A stretch of 41,123 bases of DNA, from the NCBI GenBank assembly GCA_964525635.1, contig CAZGJX010000026.1:1-41123 (forward strand), in the 5' to 3' direction. A program made the position numbers and the translations under genes. Origin of the DNA: an uncultured archaeon. Lineage in GTDB: Archaea > Asgardarchaeota > Lokiarchaeia > Sigyniarchaeales > SOKP01. The notes below the pieces were generated by a model that ran no database searches, was not told the origin of the DNA, and saw only the letters and a program-made list of their open reading frames with translations. Positions 20,965 to 30,125 of the stretch are shown in pieces. Numbering within the stretch: position 1 is the stretch's first letter; every line of letters begins with the position of its first letter.

Positions 20965-22380
20965 ATGACTAATGATCGTTCTGAAAAACCAAGAGTTGCT
21001 ATTATTAAAAGTGAGACTCCTCAAGATTGCTTTATCAAAGGAATAGAAGAGTTAGGTGGGATATCACAATTTATAGAGAAAGACGATACTATTTTTCTTA
21101 AACTTTCATTAAGACTTCCCTTTGGATATCCAACCAATTCAAATTTTGATTTGGTTGAACAAATTATAAAAATTTGTAAGCAAGTAGGAGCTAAAAAAAT
21201 TTTTGTTGGGAGTTTTCCTTTTCAAGGGATTTCAACTAAATTATTTGATGAAATAATGGAGTTGGAAAAATATTTTAAGAATCTAGGAGCTGAATATGTG
21301 TATTTAGATAATAGTAATCATTTTTCAGAAAAGTCTTTTAATTCTAATAAAATTAAAAAATTAAAACATCAATCTTTAAAGGAAATAGAATATAATAATG
21401 AGATTATTCAAATACCAAATATAATATTAAATTCAGATAAATTAATAATCGTTAATCAAGTTAATGTAAATCCCTTGTTTATGTGTGATCTTTCATTATT
21501 AAATCTTTTTTCAATTACTCCTCAATATTATCAGGATATAAATTATTATGGTGAGGAATGTGAAAATATTATCAATCAAGATAAATTTAAAAAAGATCTT
21601 ATATCAAAAGTATTAGATGTTTATTCAATAAAAAAACCTACTTTAATTATTAATGATATTTTTTATATATTAGAAAAAGCAGGGCCAATAATATATAAAG
21701 ATTCAAAATTAAAAAAAACCAATCTATTAATTATGGGAAATAATCTTATTGCTACAGATAGTATTACATTGCAAGTTATGGGATTTGATATTGAAAAAAA
21801 TGATATTATGTTAGAAATTAAAAAAAGAGGATTGGGTCCTGACAGTAATTCTGATATTAAATGTCTTGGAGAAAATTTAGGAGATATTTCTGTAAACACA
21901 ATTTTATGTTGTTCAAAATTAGAGGATGTTCATATTCAAAACCTCTCCTTATATACAGGAGAAATGTGTTCTGGATGCTTTTTAAAAGCATATCACCTTT
22001 TAAATTTAATAAAATCTATAATGATTAAAGATTTGAAATATATCTCAAATTTCTCATTTTTATTAGGTATAAATCCTCCTGAACCTCAAAGTAAAAAAGA
22101 TATTATACTATTTGGAAAATGTGCTATTAATACCACTCAAAATTATGATTTTCATACATTAACAAAAAAAAGAAAAAAAAAGAAAAAGCAAAAAAAAGCT
22201 AAAAATAAAAATATCCTTGAATTACCTGGATGTCCTCCAGATTTAAACACATGCTTAACAAAAATATATGATTATTTTGGAAAGACACAACTTCCTGATC
22301 TAAATCTTATGTTGAAGGTGCTAAAATCTTCTAAATATTTTACTCATAATAAGAATTTAAAAATTTGGGAGGAGTTATAG
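20965..22380 (+). CDS. DUF362-family protein with a C-terminal Cys-rich (Fe-S) domain
   Basis: LGGISQFI...DTIFLK N-terminus; IATDS; CSGC, GKC and PGCPP motifs. Confidence 0.75.
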   Translation: MTNDRSEKPRVAIIKSETPQDCFIKGIEELGGISQFIEKDDTIFLKLSLRLPFGYPTNSNFDLVEQIIKICKQVGAKKIFVGSFPFQGISTKLFDEIMELEKYFKNLGAEYVYLDNSNHFSEKSFNSNKIKKLKHQSLKEIEYNNEIIQIPNIILNSDKLIIVNQVNVNPLFMCDLSLLNLFSITPQYYQDINYYGEECENIINQDKFKKDLISKVLDVYSIKKPTLIINDIFYILEKAGPIIYKDSKLKKTNLLIMGNNLIATDSITLQVMGFDIEKNDIMLEIKKRGLGPDSNSDIKCLGENLGDISVNTILCCSKLEDVHIQNLSLYTGEMCSGCFLKAYHLLNLIKSIMIKDLKYISNFSFLLGINPPEPQSKKDIILFGKCAINTTQNYDFHTLTKKRKKKKKQKKAKNKNILELPGCPPDLNTCLTKIYDYFGKTQLPDLNLMLKVLKSSKYFTHNKNLKIWEEL

Positions 22381-22384
22381 TTCC

Positions 22385-23926
22385 ATGATTAATAAGGATT
22401 TCATAAAAAATTGGAAAAAAATACTTACTTATAACGAAAAAGTCAGAGAATCTTCAGATGAGGATAAATTTATAGAAGATGTAAGAATCCCTTTAACCCC
22501 CATTAAAACAAATACAAAATTAATTTATAATCTTTTCAAATTTATATATCCTGAAATAATTAATGATCAACAGAATATTGTAGATATTATTATTTCTAAT
22601 GATGAAAAAAAGATATTAGACTTAATACTTTATGAAACAAATAAACCAGGAATTCATGAATCTTATAAAAAACTAGATCTTGATTTAATAAAAGCTAAAA
22701 AATATACTATGGAGAATATCAATGAATTTTTCAATAAACTCCAAAAAAAAATATTAAAAAAAAAAAAAATAAGAATATCTCATATTAGAATATTTAAGGC
22801 TGAATTTATTAATCTAATAAATGATTATTTAAAAAATATTGAAAAATTACCTACTAACGATTTTCTTTTTTCATTTTTCAGCATTATTGAAAAATCAATA
22901 CGTTCTAAGATATTTTATATCTATCCAAAACCAATTATTATTAATTTTTTAGAGGAAATCTTATCATTCTTTAAAGAATTCACATTTTCGGGTCTATATT
23001 CTTATGTTAAGAAAGTTCTACCAAAATTGAATTTTATAATTTTATTCCATTCAAATAATTTTTCTTTCATAGTTGAATTTAAAAAAAAACACCCTAACTC
23101 AAATTCTAAAATTGAATTAAATATTTATCAACCAGATGATCTAGGATTTAATTTTGATAATTTAGCTGAGAATGAGATTTTAAAATTGATTCATAATAAA
23201 TTTAAGAAGAGTAATATCTATATATTCGAACAAAAACGCATATTAAATATATTAAATGATTTGTTTGAATTAGAAATCCCATTAAGAAAGGATAAATTAA
23301 AATTATTGCTTCAAAAGATATTATTTGAATTTAGAAATTTTGAGATAAGTTGGTTTAAGTATCCAAAACCGAAAATTTATGGTACTTTACCAAGATTTTT
23401 AATAAGGATTCTTGGTTTTAATTATAATTTAAAGAAATTTTCACATTGGGCAATCCCTGAATTAATTTTTAAATCAGATTATAGTCTTGGATTTAATAAT
23501 AAAATTATAATTATACTAACTAATATAAAAGAAAATGGGAAACTAAAATATAATAATACCTTTTTATTGGAATCTGAAGAAAATTCTATCTTTAAGATTC
23601 AACAATTATCAATAAATGAAATAATAAAAGAACCCAAATCGTATCAACTTGAAGATCTACGAAATAAATTAAGTGAAAAATATGGATATATTAATACAAT
23701 TATTAAAATTGACCGATATTTAGTTGATTTATTCCTAAATGATTTTATCTTTAAAATTACGAAATTTAAATTATTTTCAAAACTTAAAATCATAAGAGCA
23801 TTTAAAAAAGATAGTTATTTGAAAATTTATCCAGAGATACCAATTTATAAATTCCTTAAAAAATCAAGTTCATTTAGGATATTTAAAACATTATTGCCCA
23901 TTCTAATTGATAAACATGAATTTTAA
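22385..23926 (+). CDS. Hypothetical protein
   Basis: 513-aa ORF starting 4 nt after the DUF362 gene ends. Confidence 0.75.
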   Translation: MINKDFIKNWKKILTYNEKVRESSDEDKFIEDVRIPLTPIKTNTKLIYNLFKFIYPEIINDQQNIVDIIISNDEKKILDLILYETNKPGIHESYKKLDLDLIKAKKYTMENINEFFNKLQKKILKKKKIRISHIRIFKAEFINLINDYLKNIEKLPTNDFLFSFFSIIEKSIRSKIFYIYPKPIIINFLEEILSFFKEFTFSGLYSYVKKVLPKLNFIILFHSNNFSFIVEFKKKHPNSNSKIELNIYQPDDLGFNFDNLAENEILKLIHNKFKKSNIYIFEQKRILNILNDLFELEIPLRKDKLKLLLQKILFEFRNFEISWFKYPKPKIYGTLPRFLIRILGFNYNLKKFSHWAIPELIFKSDYSLGFNNKIIIILTNIKENGKLKYNNTFLLESEENSIFKIQQLSINEIIKEPKSYQLEDLRNKLSEKYGYINTIIKIDRYLVDLFLNDFIFKITKFKLFSKLKIIRAFKKDSYLKIYPEIPIYKFLKKSSSFRIFKTLLPILIDKHEF

Positions 23927-23952
23927 TTTTTAATATAAATAAAAATAGAAAA

Positions 23953-25041
23953 TTATTTTATAAATCCTTTAACTTTTAATAGTTCTGCATTTAAGATAGC
24001 TCCACCTGCGGCCCCTCTGATTGTATTATGACTTAAACCAATGAATTTATAGTCAAAAACAGTGTCTTTTCTCAATCTTCCAATAGTGACTGCCATTCCT
24101 TTATCATTATCTCTGTCTTTTCTCGGTTGAGGACGATCTATATTTTCTAGGTAGATTATAGGTTTTTTAGGAGCAAATGGTAAATCCAATTCTTGAGGAA
24201 GTGATTTGAAATCTGACCATATTCTTTTAATTTCTTCCATTGTGGGGATTTTATCTTTGAATTTCATATTTACACAAGCAGTATGACCATCGACAATTGG
24301 AACTCTCGTACAAGTTGCACTTATGTCTATAGAAGAATCATTTACAATTCCATTTTCCTCAATTTTTCCAAATATTTTTTGTGGTTCCTTTTCTGATTTT
24401 TCTTCTTCGCCTCCAATGTAGGGAACAATATTATCAATCATATCAAGTGAAGGAACTCCGGGATATCCTGCTCCTGAGACTGCTTGAAGAGTTGTAATTA
24501 TCAACTTTTCAATTTTATATCCTGCTTTTTCTAAAGCATATATGGGTGTAACATAGCTTTGGATAGAGCAATTTGGTTTCACTGCAACAAAACCATTTGA
24601 AAATTCTCTTTTTTTCTGTTGGAGAGGAATAACATTTACATGTTCGGGATTAACTTCTCCAATTATCATTGGAACATCAGGAGTCCAACGATGTGCTGAA
24701 TTATTACTTATAACCGGAATGCCATTCTTTGCATATTTAAACTCAAGTTCTTTAATTTGGTCTTTAGTTGGCATATTTATTGCAGAAAACACAAAACTTA
24801 GATTAGTTGGAATTGAATCAAAATCTTGGACATCTCTTACAACAAGATTCTTGACGGTATCTGGAATTGAGATAGGCATTTGCCATTTTGGACCCGTTGC
24901 CTCTTTATATGTTTTTCCAGCAGATCTTGGAGATGCTGCTACATCAACTATTTCAAACCAAGGATGGCCTTGTAAAAGACGGATATAATTCTGTCCAACT
25001 ATCCCTGTGGCACCTAAAATACCAATCTTTAATTTATCCAT
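23953..25041 (-). CDS. asd: Aspartate-semialdehyde dehydrogenase (archaeal/fungal type)
   Basis: GATGIVGQ, PNCS, QAVSGAG, RVPIVDGH and HNTIRGAAG motifs. Confidence 0.97.
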   Translation of the reverse strand: MDKLKIGILGATGIVGQNYIRLLQGHPWFEIVDVAASPRSAGKTYKEATGPKWQMPISIPDTVKNLVVRDVQDFDSIPTNLSFVFSAINMPTKDQIKELEFKYAKNGIPVISNNSAHRWTPDVPMIIGEVNPEHVNVIPLQQKKREFSNGFVAVKPNCSIQSYVTPIYALEKAGYKIEKLIITTLQAVSGAGYPGVPSLDMIDNIVPYIGGEEEKSEKEPQKIFGKIEENGIVNDSSIDISATCTRVPIVDGHTACVNMKFKDKIPTMEEIKRIWSDFKSLPQELDLPFAPKKPIIYLENIDRPQPRKDRDNDKGMAVTIGRLRKDTVFDYKFIGLSHNTIRGAAGGAILNAELLKVKGFIK

Positions 25042-25140
25042 TATTATAATTATATTAATTTTAATTCAAAATGGATAAGTATTCTATTATTTTATAATTT
25101 AATCAATTAATATCATTTGAACTGATTATTTTATGCAATT

Positions 25141-26107
25141 TTATGAAATAAAGAGATCTAAAATAAAAGATAAAAGGACAATTACTAAAATATAAAAAAT
25201 AATTATAAAGAAGACTTCTCTTCTTTTCTCTGGAAACTTTTTTTTAAACAATAATCTGAATGGCTTCATAAATAACCATTTAATAGTCTTGGGAAGAGGA
25301 TTTAAAAAAGATGTTTTACTTCTATAGTCCGAATATTTTTGGGATATTTTTCATTCATTAAAACTTCCTCATATAAGCAAATTCCAATAATTATCATTGA
25401 TGAAATAAACCAAATAAAGGTATATTCAAATATTATACCTCCACGAATAAGATCATTCAGTGTAAAACTTAAAAGATATACACCATACCTCCAAAAAAGA
25501 TACCCTAAATATTGAGGGTGTCGTGAATATTTATAGATTATATCATCAAATATATCTTTTTTTTCTATTATCCCTTGAAGCCAGTTAATTACACCAATTG
25601 AAAAAATGAATAGTCCAATTATTATGAATATATAACCAATACTTATCATGATAAACTCATAATTATCCCAAGAGTTTGTGAATGATTGAACAATTATAGA
25701 GGGTAATTTAAAAATAGAACCAAGAGATAATATATCAAATTCTAAATAAATAAAGGGTAAATTAATAAGCTGAAGGATTTGAATACCTAATAATAAAAAC
25801 ATAGAAAAAAAAAAATTTCCAAAAATAGGAAGAAAGAGAGTTAAATTTCCTAAAGATGATAAATACAATTTCTTAACTATAAATCCTAAAATGATTATAA
25901 CTATTATTATAAAAAGAAATATTAATCCTATTATTGTCCAAAAATCTAATTTATTTAGAGTATCAGGCCATTCCTCTCCAGGAAATATGGGGATTAAAAT
26001 TCCATTATTATATTATGAAATTCAATTGTAAGAAAAAACAAACTAATAGTAAATGATATAGCTGGGATAATTACGAGTGATTGAACTAATAACTTAGATT
26101 TTCTCAT
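25141..26107 (-). pseudogene. ICMT/PEMT-like membrane methyltransferase with two frameshifts
   Basis: YKYSRHPQYLG and EE motifs lie in the middle ORF 25302..25868. The N-terminus (ATG 26107, MRKSKLL...) shifts frame near 26005; the C-terminus (KYSDYRSKTSFLNPLP...) continues in another frame to a TAA at 25141. Confidence 0.75.
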
Positions 26108-26140
26108 TTTAAATTAATGTTTTAGTTTTTATTCAAGATA

Positions 26141-26902
26141 TTATTTTTTTTTGATATTATTTAAACTTAAACTTTTCATTCGTTCTTGTACTTCTTTATT
26201 TTGATATTTTTCAGTATTAATTAGGTAATCATTTATAATTTCACTTTCTATATCAGAAAATTTATCTTTTAACCAATGAATTCCTTTTGAAGTAAAGGGT
26301 ATCAATGAAAATAAATTCACATTATTTTTTTTAGCTAATTCTTCAGCTCCTTGTTCTCTATCTAAAATAACTATGATATTTTCACATTCTACTATTAGAC
26401 TTCGATTTAAAACTTCTATATTAAGTTGTTCACGAGCAATAAGTTTGCTATCTAATTTTGTTACCAAATCATCTATTAATGCAATTTTATCTCCATTTTC
26501 AATTACTCCTTCTACTAATTTGTGTTGACCATATTTAGATATCTTTTCTTGAAAATCATTAATATTTTTGATACCTTCCAGTTTTCTTGTATAACACATA
26601 GCAATATTATTTTCTAATGAAATTGCTGTTGCTATTGGAACTCCAGCAGAAGCTATTCCTATAATTCGATTTATTTCTTTACATTCTTCCTTAATTAATC
26701 GTCCCAAAGCATAACCTATTTTTCTTAAAATACTAGGAAAACTCCCTAAATTCCTTAAATTAATATATATTGGGCTCCACAGACCTGAAAACAAAGTCCA
26801 ACCCTCAGGTTTCGATTTATACCACGTATCGATCATATTTGAATCATATAATAATCCTAATATTTCTTTCCCAAGCTTATCTTTTTCTTCTTGCCAATTC
26901 AT
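26141..26902 (-). CDS. pyrE: Orotate phosphoribosyltransferase-like protein
   Basis: SGLWSPIYINLR, PRPP-binding loop IALIDDLVT, LDREQG. Confidence 0.85.
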   Translation of the reverse strand: MNWQEEKDKLGKEILGLLYDSNMIDTWYKSKPEGWTLFSGLWSPIYINLRNLGSFPSILRKIGYALGRLIKEECKEINRIIGIASAGVPIATAISLENNIAMCYTRKLEGIKNINDFQEKISKYGQHKLVEGVIENGDKIALIDDLVTKLDSKLIAREQLNIEVLNRSLIVECENIIVILDREQGAEELAKKNNVNLFSLIPFTSKGIHWLKDKFSDIESEIINDYLINTEKYQNKEVQERMKSLSLNNIKKK

Positions 26903-27085
26903 TCAGCTAATCACTTATCAATCTTTTTTAAAATAAATACTATTGATGGCTTTAAACTCTTATTATATAGTATTCAATAATAAAAAAGAAAATCTATTAG
27001 AAGTTACTTAAATAAATTAATAATAAATCAAAAATCTAATATTTTTTAAATCCTTTATAAAAATAAATATTACAGTTAGATTTTT

Positions 27086-28123
27086 ATGAAGAATCCATTT
27101 TTCAAATTCAATCGAGTTTTAAGTTCACAAGATCTTTTAGATATTGCATTTAAAAGAGCTATGAAGAGTTCTGCTGAAGTTTCCGCAAATGCCCCAATAC
27201 TAATTAAAGCAAAAAAAAAAGAATCTAAGCGTATAAAAGTAGCAATAGAGGATTTAATTGATAGAATTCTTAAAATCATAAAAATGATACCTATGATTGA
27301 AGAACTCCCTGAATTTTATAAAGAATTAGCATCTCTCTTGGTTGATAAGGATAAACTTAGAGTAACATTGGGGAGATTAAATGGGATTTTACCTGTTTTA
27401 AGTAGAATAGAGCGTGAATATCTTTCTAGTTTAAAAAGAATTGAAAATCCAAAAGAAGCTGATAAATTAAGGCGATCCGCTTTTGGAAGAGTTTCCTCAA
27501 TTATTAATAAACAAAATAAAAATTTAGAATATCTAAATAGTATAAGAAGAAAATTAAGAGAAATACCTGCTATCGATTATGAAAAACCTTGTATAGTATG
27601 TGCAGGAGCTCCAAATGTAGGAAAAAGCAGTATTGTGAAAAAAATCTCTACAAATAAAAAAATCGAAGTTCAAGAATATCCATTCACAACTAAAAAATTA
27701 ATAGTGGGTCATTTGGAAATAGAACGTAGATTTGATACAGTTAGGATACAGATTATGGATAGTCCAGGGCTTTTAGATAGACCGATTTCAAAAAGAAATA
27801 AAATAGAATTGCAAGCAATATTAGCTCTTAGAGTCATTTCTGATTTAATATTATTTATTTTTGACCCAACTCCTGCATGTGGTTATAGTATAGATTCACA
27901 AATAAATTTATTTAATGAAATAAGAGAAAACTTTGCTCAAAAAAATATAGAATTTTATATTATAATTAATAAGAAAGATTTAGCTAGTGAATCTGAGATT
28001 GATTATGTAAAAAAAAAAATTGGATTAAGCGAACAAGAATTTATATTAACTAATGGTTTAACTGGGGAAAATACACATAAAATTGTGGATTATTTAAAAA
28101 ATCGATTTCTTAATTCGAATTAA
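27086..28123 (+). CDS. NOG1-family GTPase
   Basis: GAPNVGKSS, YPFTTK, DSPGLLDRP and NKKD motifs. Confidence 0.95.
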   Translation: MKNPFFKFNRVLSSQDLLDIAFKRAMKSSAEVSANAPILIKAKKKESKRIKVAIEDLIDRILKIIKMIPMIEELPEFYKELASLLVDKDKLRVTLGRLNGILPVLSRIEREYLSSLKRIENPKEADKLRRSAFGRVSSIINKQNKNLEYLNSIRRKLREIPAIDYEKPCIVCAGAPNVGKSSIVKKISTNKKIEVQEYPFTTKKLIVGHLEIERRFDTVRIQIMDSPGLLDRPISKRNKIELQAILALRVISDLILFIFDPTPACGYSIDSQINLFNEIRENFAQKNIEFYIIINKKDLASESEIDYVKKKIGLSEQEFILTNGLTGENTHKIVDYLKNRFLNSN

Positions 28124-28165
28124 TTTAGAAACATAAATTATTTAATTTATATTTTTTAATGATAA

Positions 28166-29266
28166 ATGAAGCAAATATTATTTTTAGGACTAGATATAGG
28201 TGGAGCAAACACTAAAGCCGTTTTAATCCATTTTAAAAACCAAGAAAATTATAACTCATTTTCATATATAGAATACTTTCCTTTCTGGAAGAAAACCAAA
28301 GATCAATTTCCTCTTCTTTTAAAGCGAATTATATCAAAAATAATTTTAAATAATAATTTTACTTTAGAAAATCTGAATTATATTGCTGTTACTATGACAG
28401 CAGAGCTTTCTGATGCATTTCAAACAAAAAAAGAAGGGATCTTATACTTATTAAATGGATTATTGGAAGTATTTGAAGTAGAGAAATTACGTTTCATTAC
28501 TATAAACAATAATTACATAGGATATAAAGAAGCAAAAAATAATATTAAATTAATTATGGCAGCTAATTGGGTCTCAACAGCTCTTTATTTAGGTTCTTTT
28601 ATTTCAGATTGTATTTTAATTGATTCGGGTTCTACAACCACCGATATTATTCCTATTTGTAAATCACTTCCTATTCCTATTGGGAAAGATGATATTGGTA
28701 GATTAATTAATCATGAATTAATTTATACAGGTGGACTGAGAGCAACAATCCCTTCTATTACACATATAGTTCCTTATAAAAATAAAATGATTCGAATATC
28801 TTTTGAGAGATTTGCACTGATCTCAGATATACATATGATCTTAAATAATATTTCGAAAGAGGAATATAATAATGAGACTGCAGATAATCGAGATAAGTCA
28901 ATAGAGGGTTGTTATGCAAGATTAGCTCGTGTAGTTTGTATGGATTTAAATACTGTTTCTAAAAAGGAATTAGATATAATTGCTGAATATATATATATAA
29001 AACAATTGGAAATTATAAAAAAAGAGATTAAAAAATTTCTTATTAATTTCCAAAAAAAAAAACCAGAATTCTGTGTTTCTGATCATCCATTTATCATCAC
29101 TGGATTATCCGCAGAATTTTTGATAGAAAAAGCATTAAAAGAATTAGAATTCAAAAATATTAAATCATATAAAGATATAACAAATATTCCTGATAATATA
29201 AATTCTTCTGCATTTGCTGTAGCAGGAGCACTTTATAATCAATTAATTAGTCAGAAAAATGAATAA
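28166..29266 (+). CDS. mfnF: Hydantoinase/oxoprolinase-family protein, MfnF-like (methanofuran biosynthesis)
   Basis: GLDIGGANTK, TMTAELSDAF, AANW, DSGSTTTDIIP and ELIYTG motifs. Confidence 0.8.
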   Translation: MKQILFLGLDIGGANTKAVLIHFKNQENYNSFSYIEYFPFWKKTKDQFPLLLKRIISKIILNNNFTLENLNYIAVTMTAELSDAFQTKKEGILYLLNGLLEVFEVEKLRFITINNNYIGYKEAKNNIKLIMAANWVSTALYLGSFISDCILIDSGSTTTDIIPICKSLPIPIGKDDIGRLINHELIYTGGLRATIPSITHIVPYKNKMIRISFERFALISDIHMILNNISKEEYNNETADNRDKSIEGCYARLARVVCMDLNTVSKKELDIIAEYIYIKQLEIIKKEIKKFLINFQKKKPEFCVSDHPFIITGLSAEFLIEKALKELEFKNIKSYKDITNIPDNINSSAFAVAGALYNQLISQKNE

Positions 29267-30020
29267 AAAAATAATTTTAGTTAAATTGGGTGGAATGATT
29301 TTAGAGGATATTCAAAATTTGAATTTTACAATCTCACAATTGAAAACATTTATAGAGAGAGATCAAAATATAAATAATGTAGTAATCATTCCAGGTGGAG
29401 GAACTATTGCTAATTTTATTAGATTTATGGATAAAAAGTTAGATATAGGGGGTGATTTAGCACATTGGGAAGCAATATTAGCAATGAATTGGAATGGTTA
29501 TCAAATACATAAGAATTTTCCAAGTCTCCCACTTATTTCTCAGTTTTCGGAATTAAGGAATTGTTTAAATCTCAAAACAGATAAAAAATTTCCAATAATT
29601 TTTTTACCATTTGATTATTTGCGGACTAATGATATATTACCTCATCACTGGAACGTCACTTCTGATTCTATAGCTATTTATATAGCTAAAAAATTAGAAT
29701 TAAATGAATGTTTTCTAATAAAAAATATTGATGGAATTTATGATAATAATAATCAATTGATAAAGGAAATTTCTGTAGAGAAATTCTTAGAGTTAACTAA
29801 TTCAAATAAATTAGCAATAATAGAGGATAATTCAAATAAGCTTAAACAATCTACGCCAATTGATATATATTCTTTAAAATTAATTGATAAATATAAAATC
29901 TCTTGTATTATTTTAAATGGATTTTATTTAAAATCAAGGATTTTAGAATATTTTTCAAAATCTCAAAGAGATAAAAAAATTTATACCAAAATTTATTTTA
30001 ATTTATTGTTAAATACATAA
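29259..30020 (+). CDS. mfnE: Amino-acid-kinase-family protein, MfnE-like
   Basis: VKLGG, PGGG, AHWEAILAM and WNVTSDSIA motifs; overlaps the end of mfnF. Confidence 0.75.
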   Translation: MNKKIILVKLGGMILEDIQNLNFTISQLKTFIERDQNINNVVIIPGGGTIANFIRFMDKKLDIGGDLAHWEAILAMNWNGYQIHKNFPSLPLISQFSELRNCLNLKTDKKFPIIFLPFDYLRTNDILPHHWNVTSDSIAIYIAKKLELNECFLIKNIDGIYDNNNQLIKEISVEKFLELTNSNKLAIIEDNSNKLKQSTPIDIYSLKLIDKYKISCIILNGFYLKSRILEYFSKSQRDKKIYTKIYFNLLLNT

Positions 30021-30125
30021 AATATCTGAAAAAAGTTATTTTAAAGTATTTTTGTGCAATAAAAATATAATAAAACATTTTTATATTACTTTAACAGATA
30101 ATACCATAATATACATCTTAGAACA

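Noticed and set aside
28166-30020. mfnF/mfnE-like genes as evidence of methanogenesis
   Set aside because: Methanofuran-linked C1 genes also serve the archaeal Wood-Ljungdahl pathway in non-methanogens, and there are no mcr genes here.
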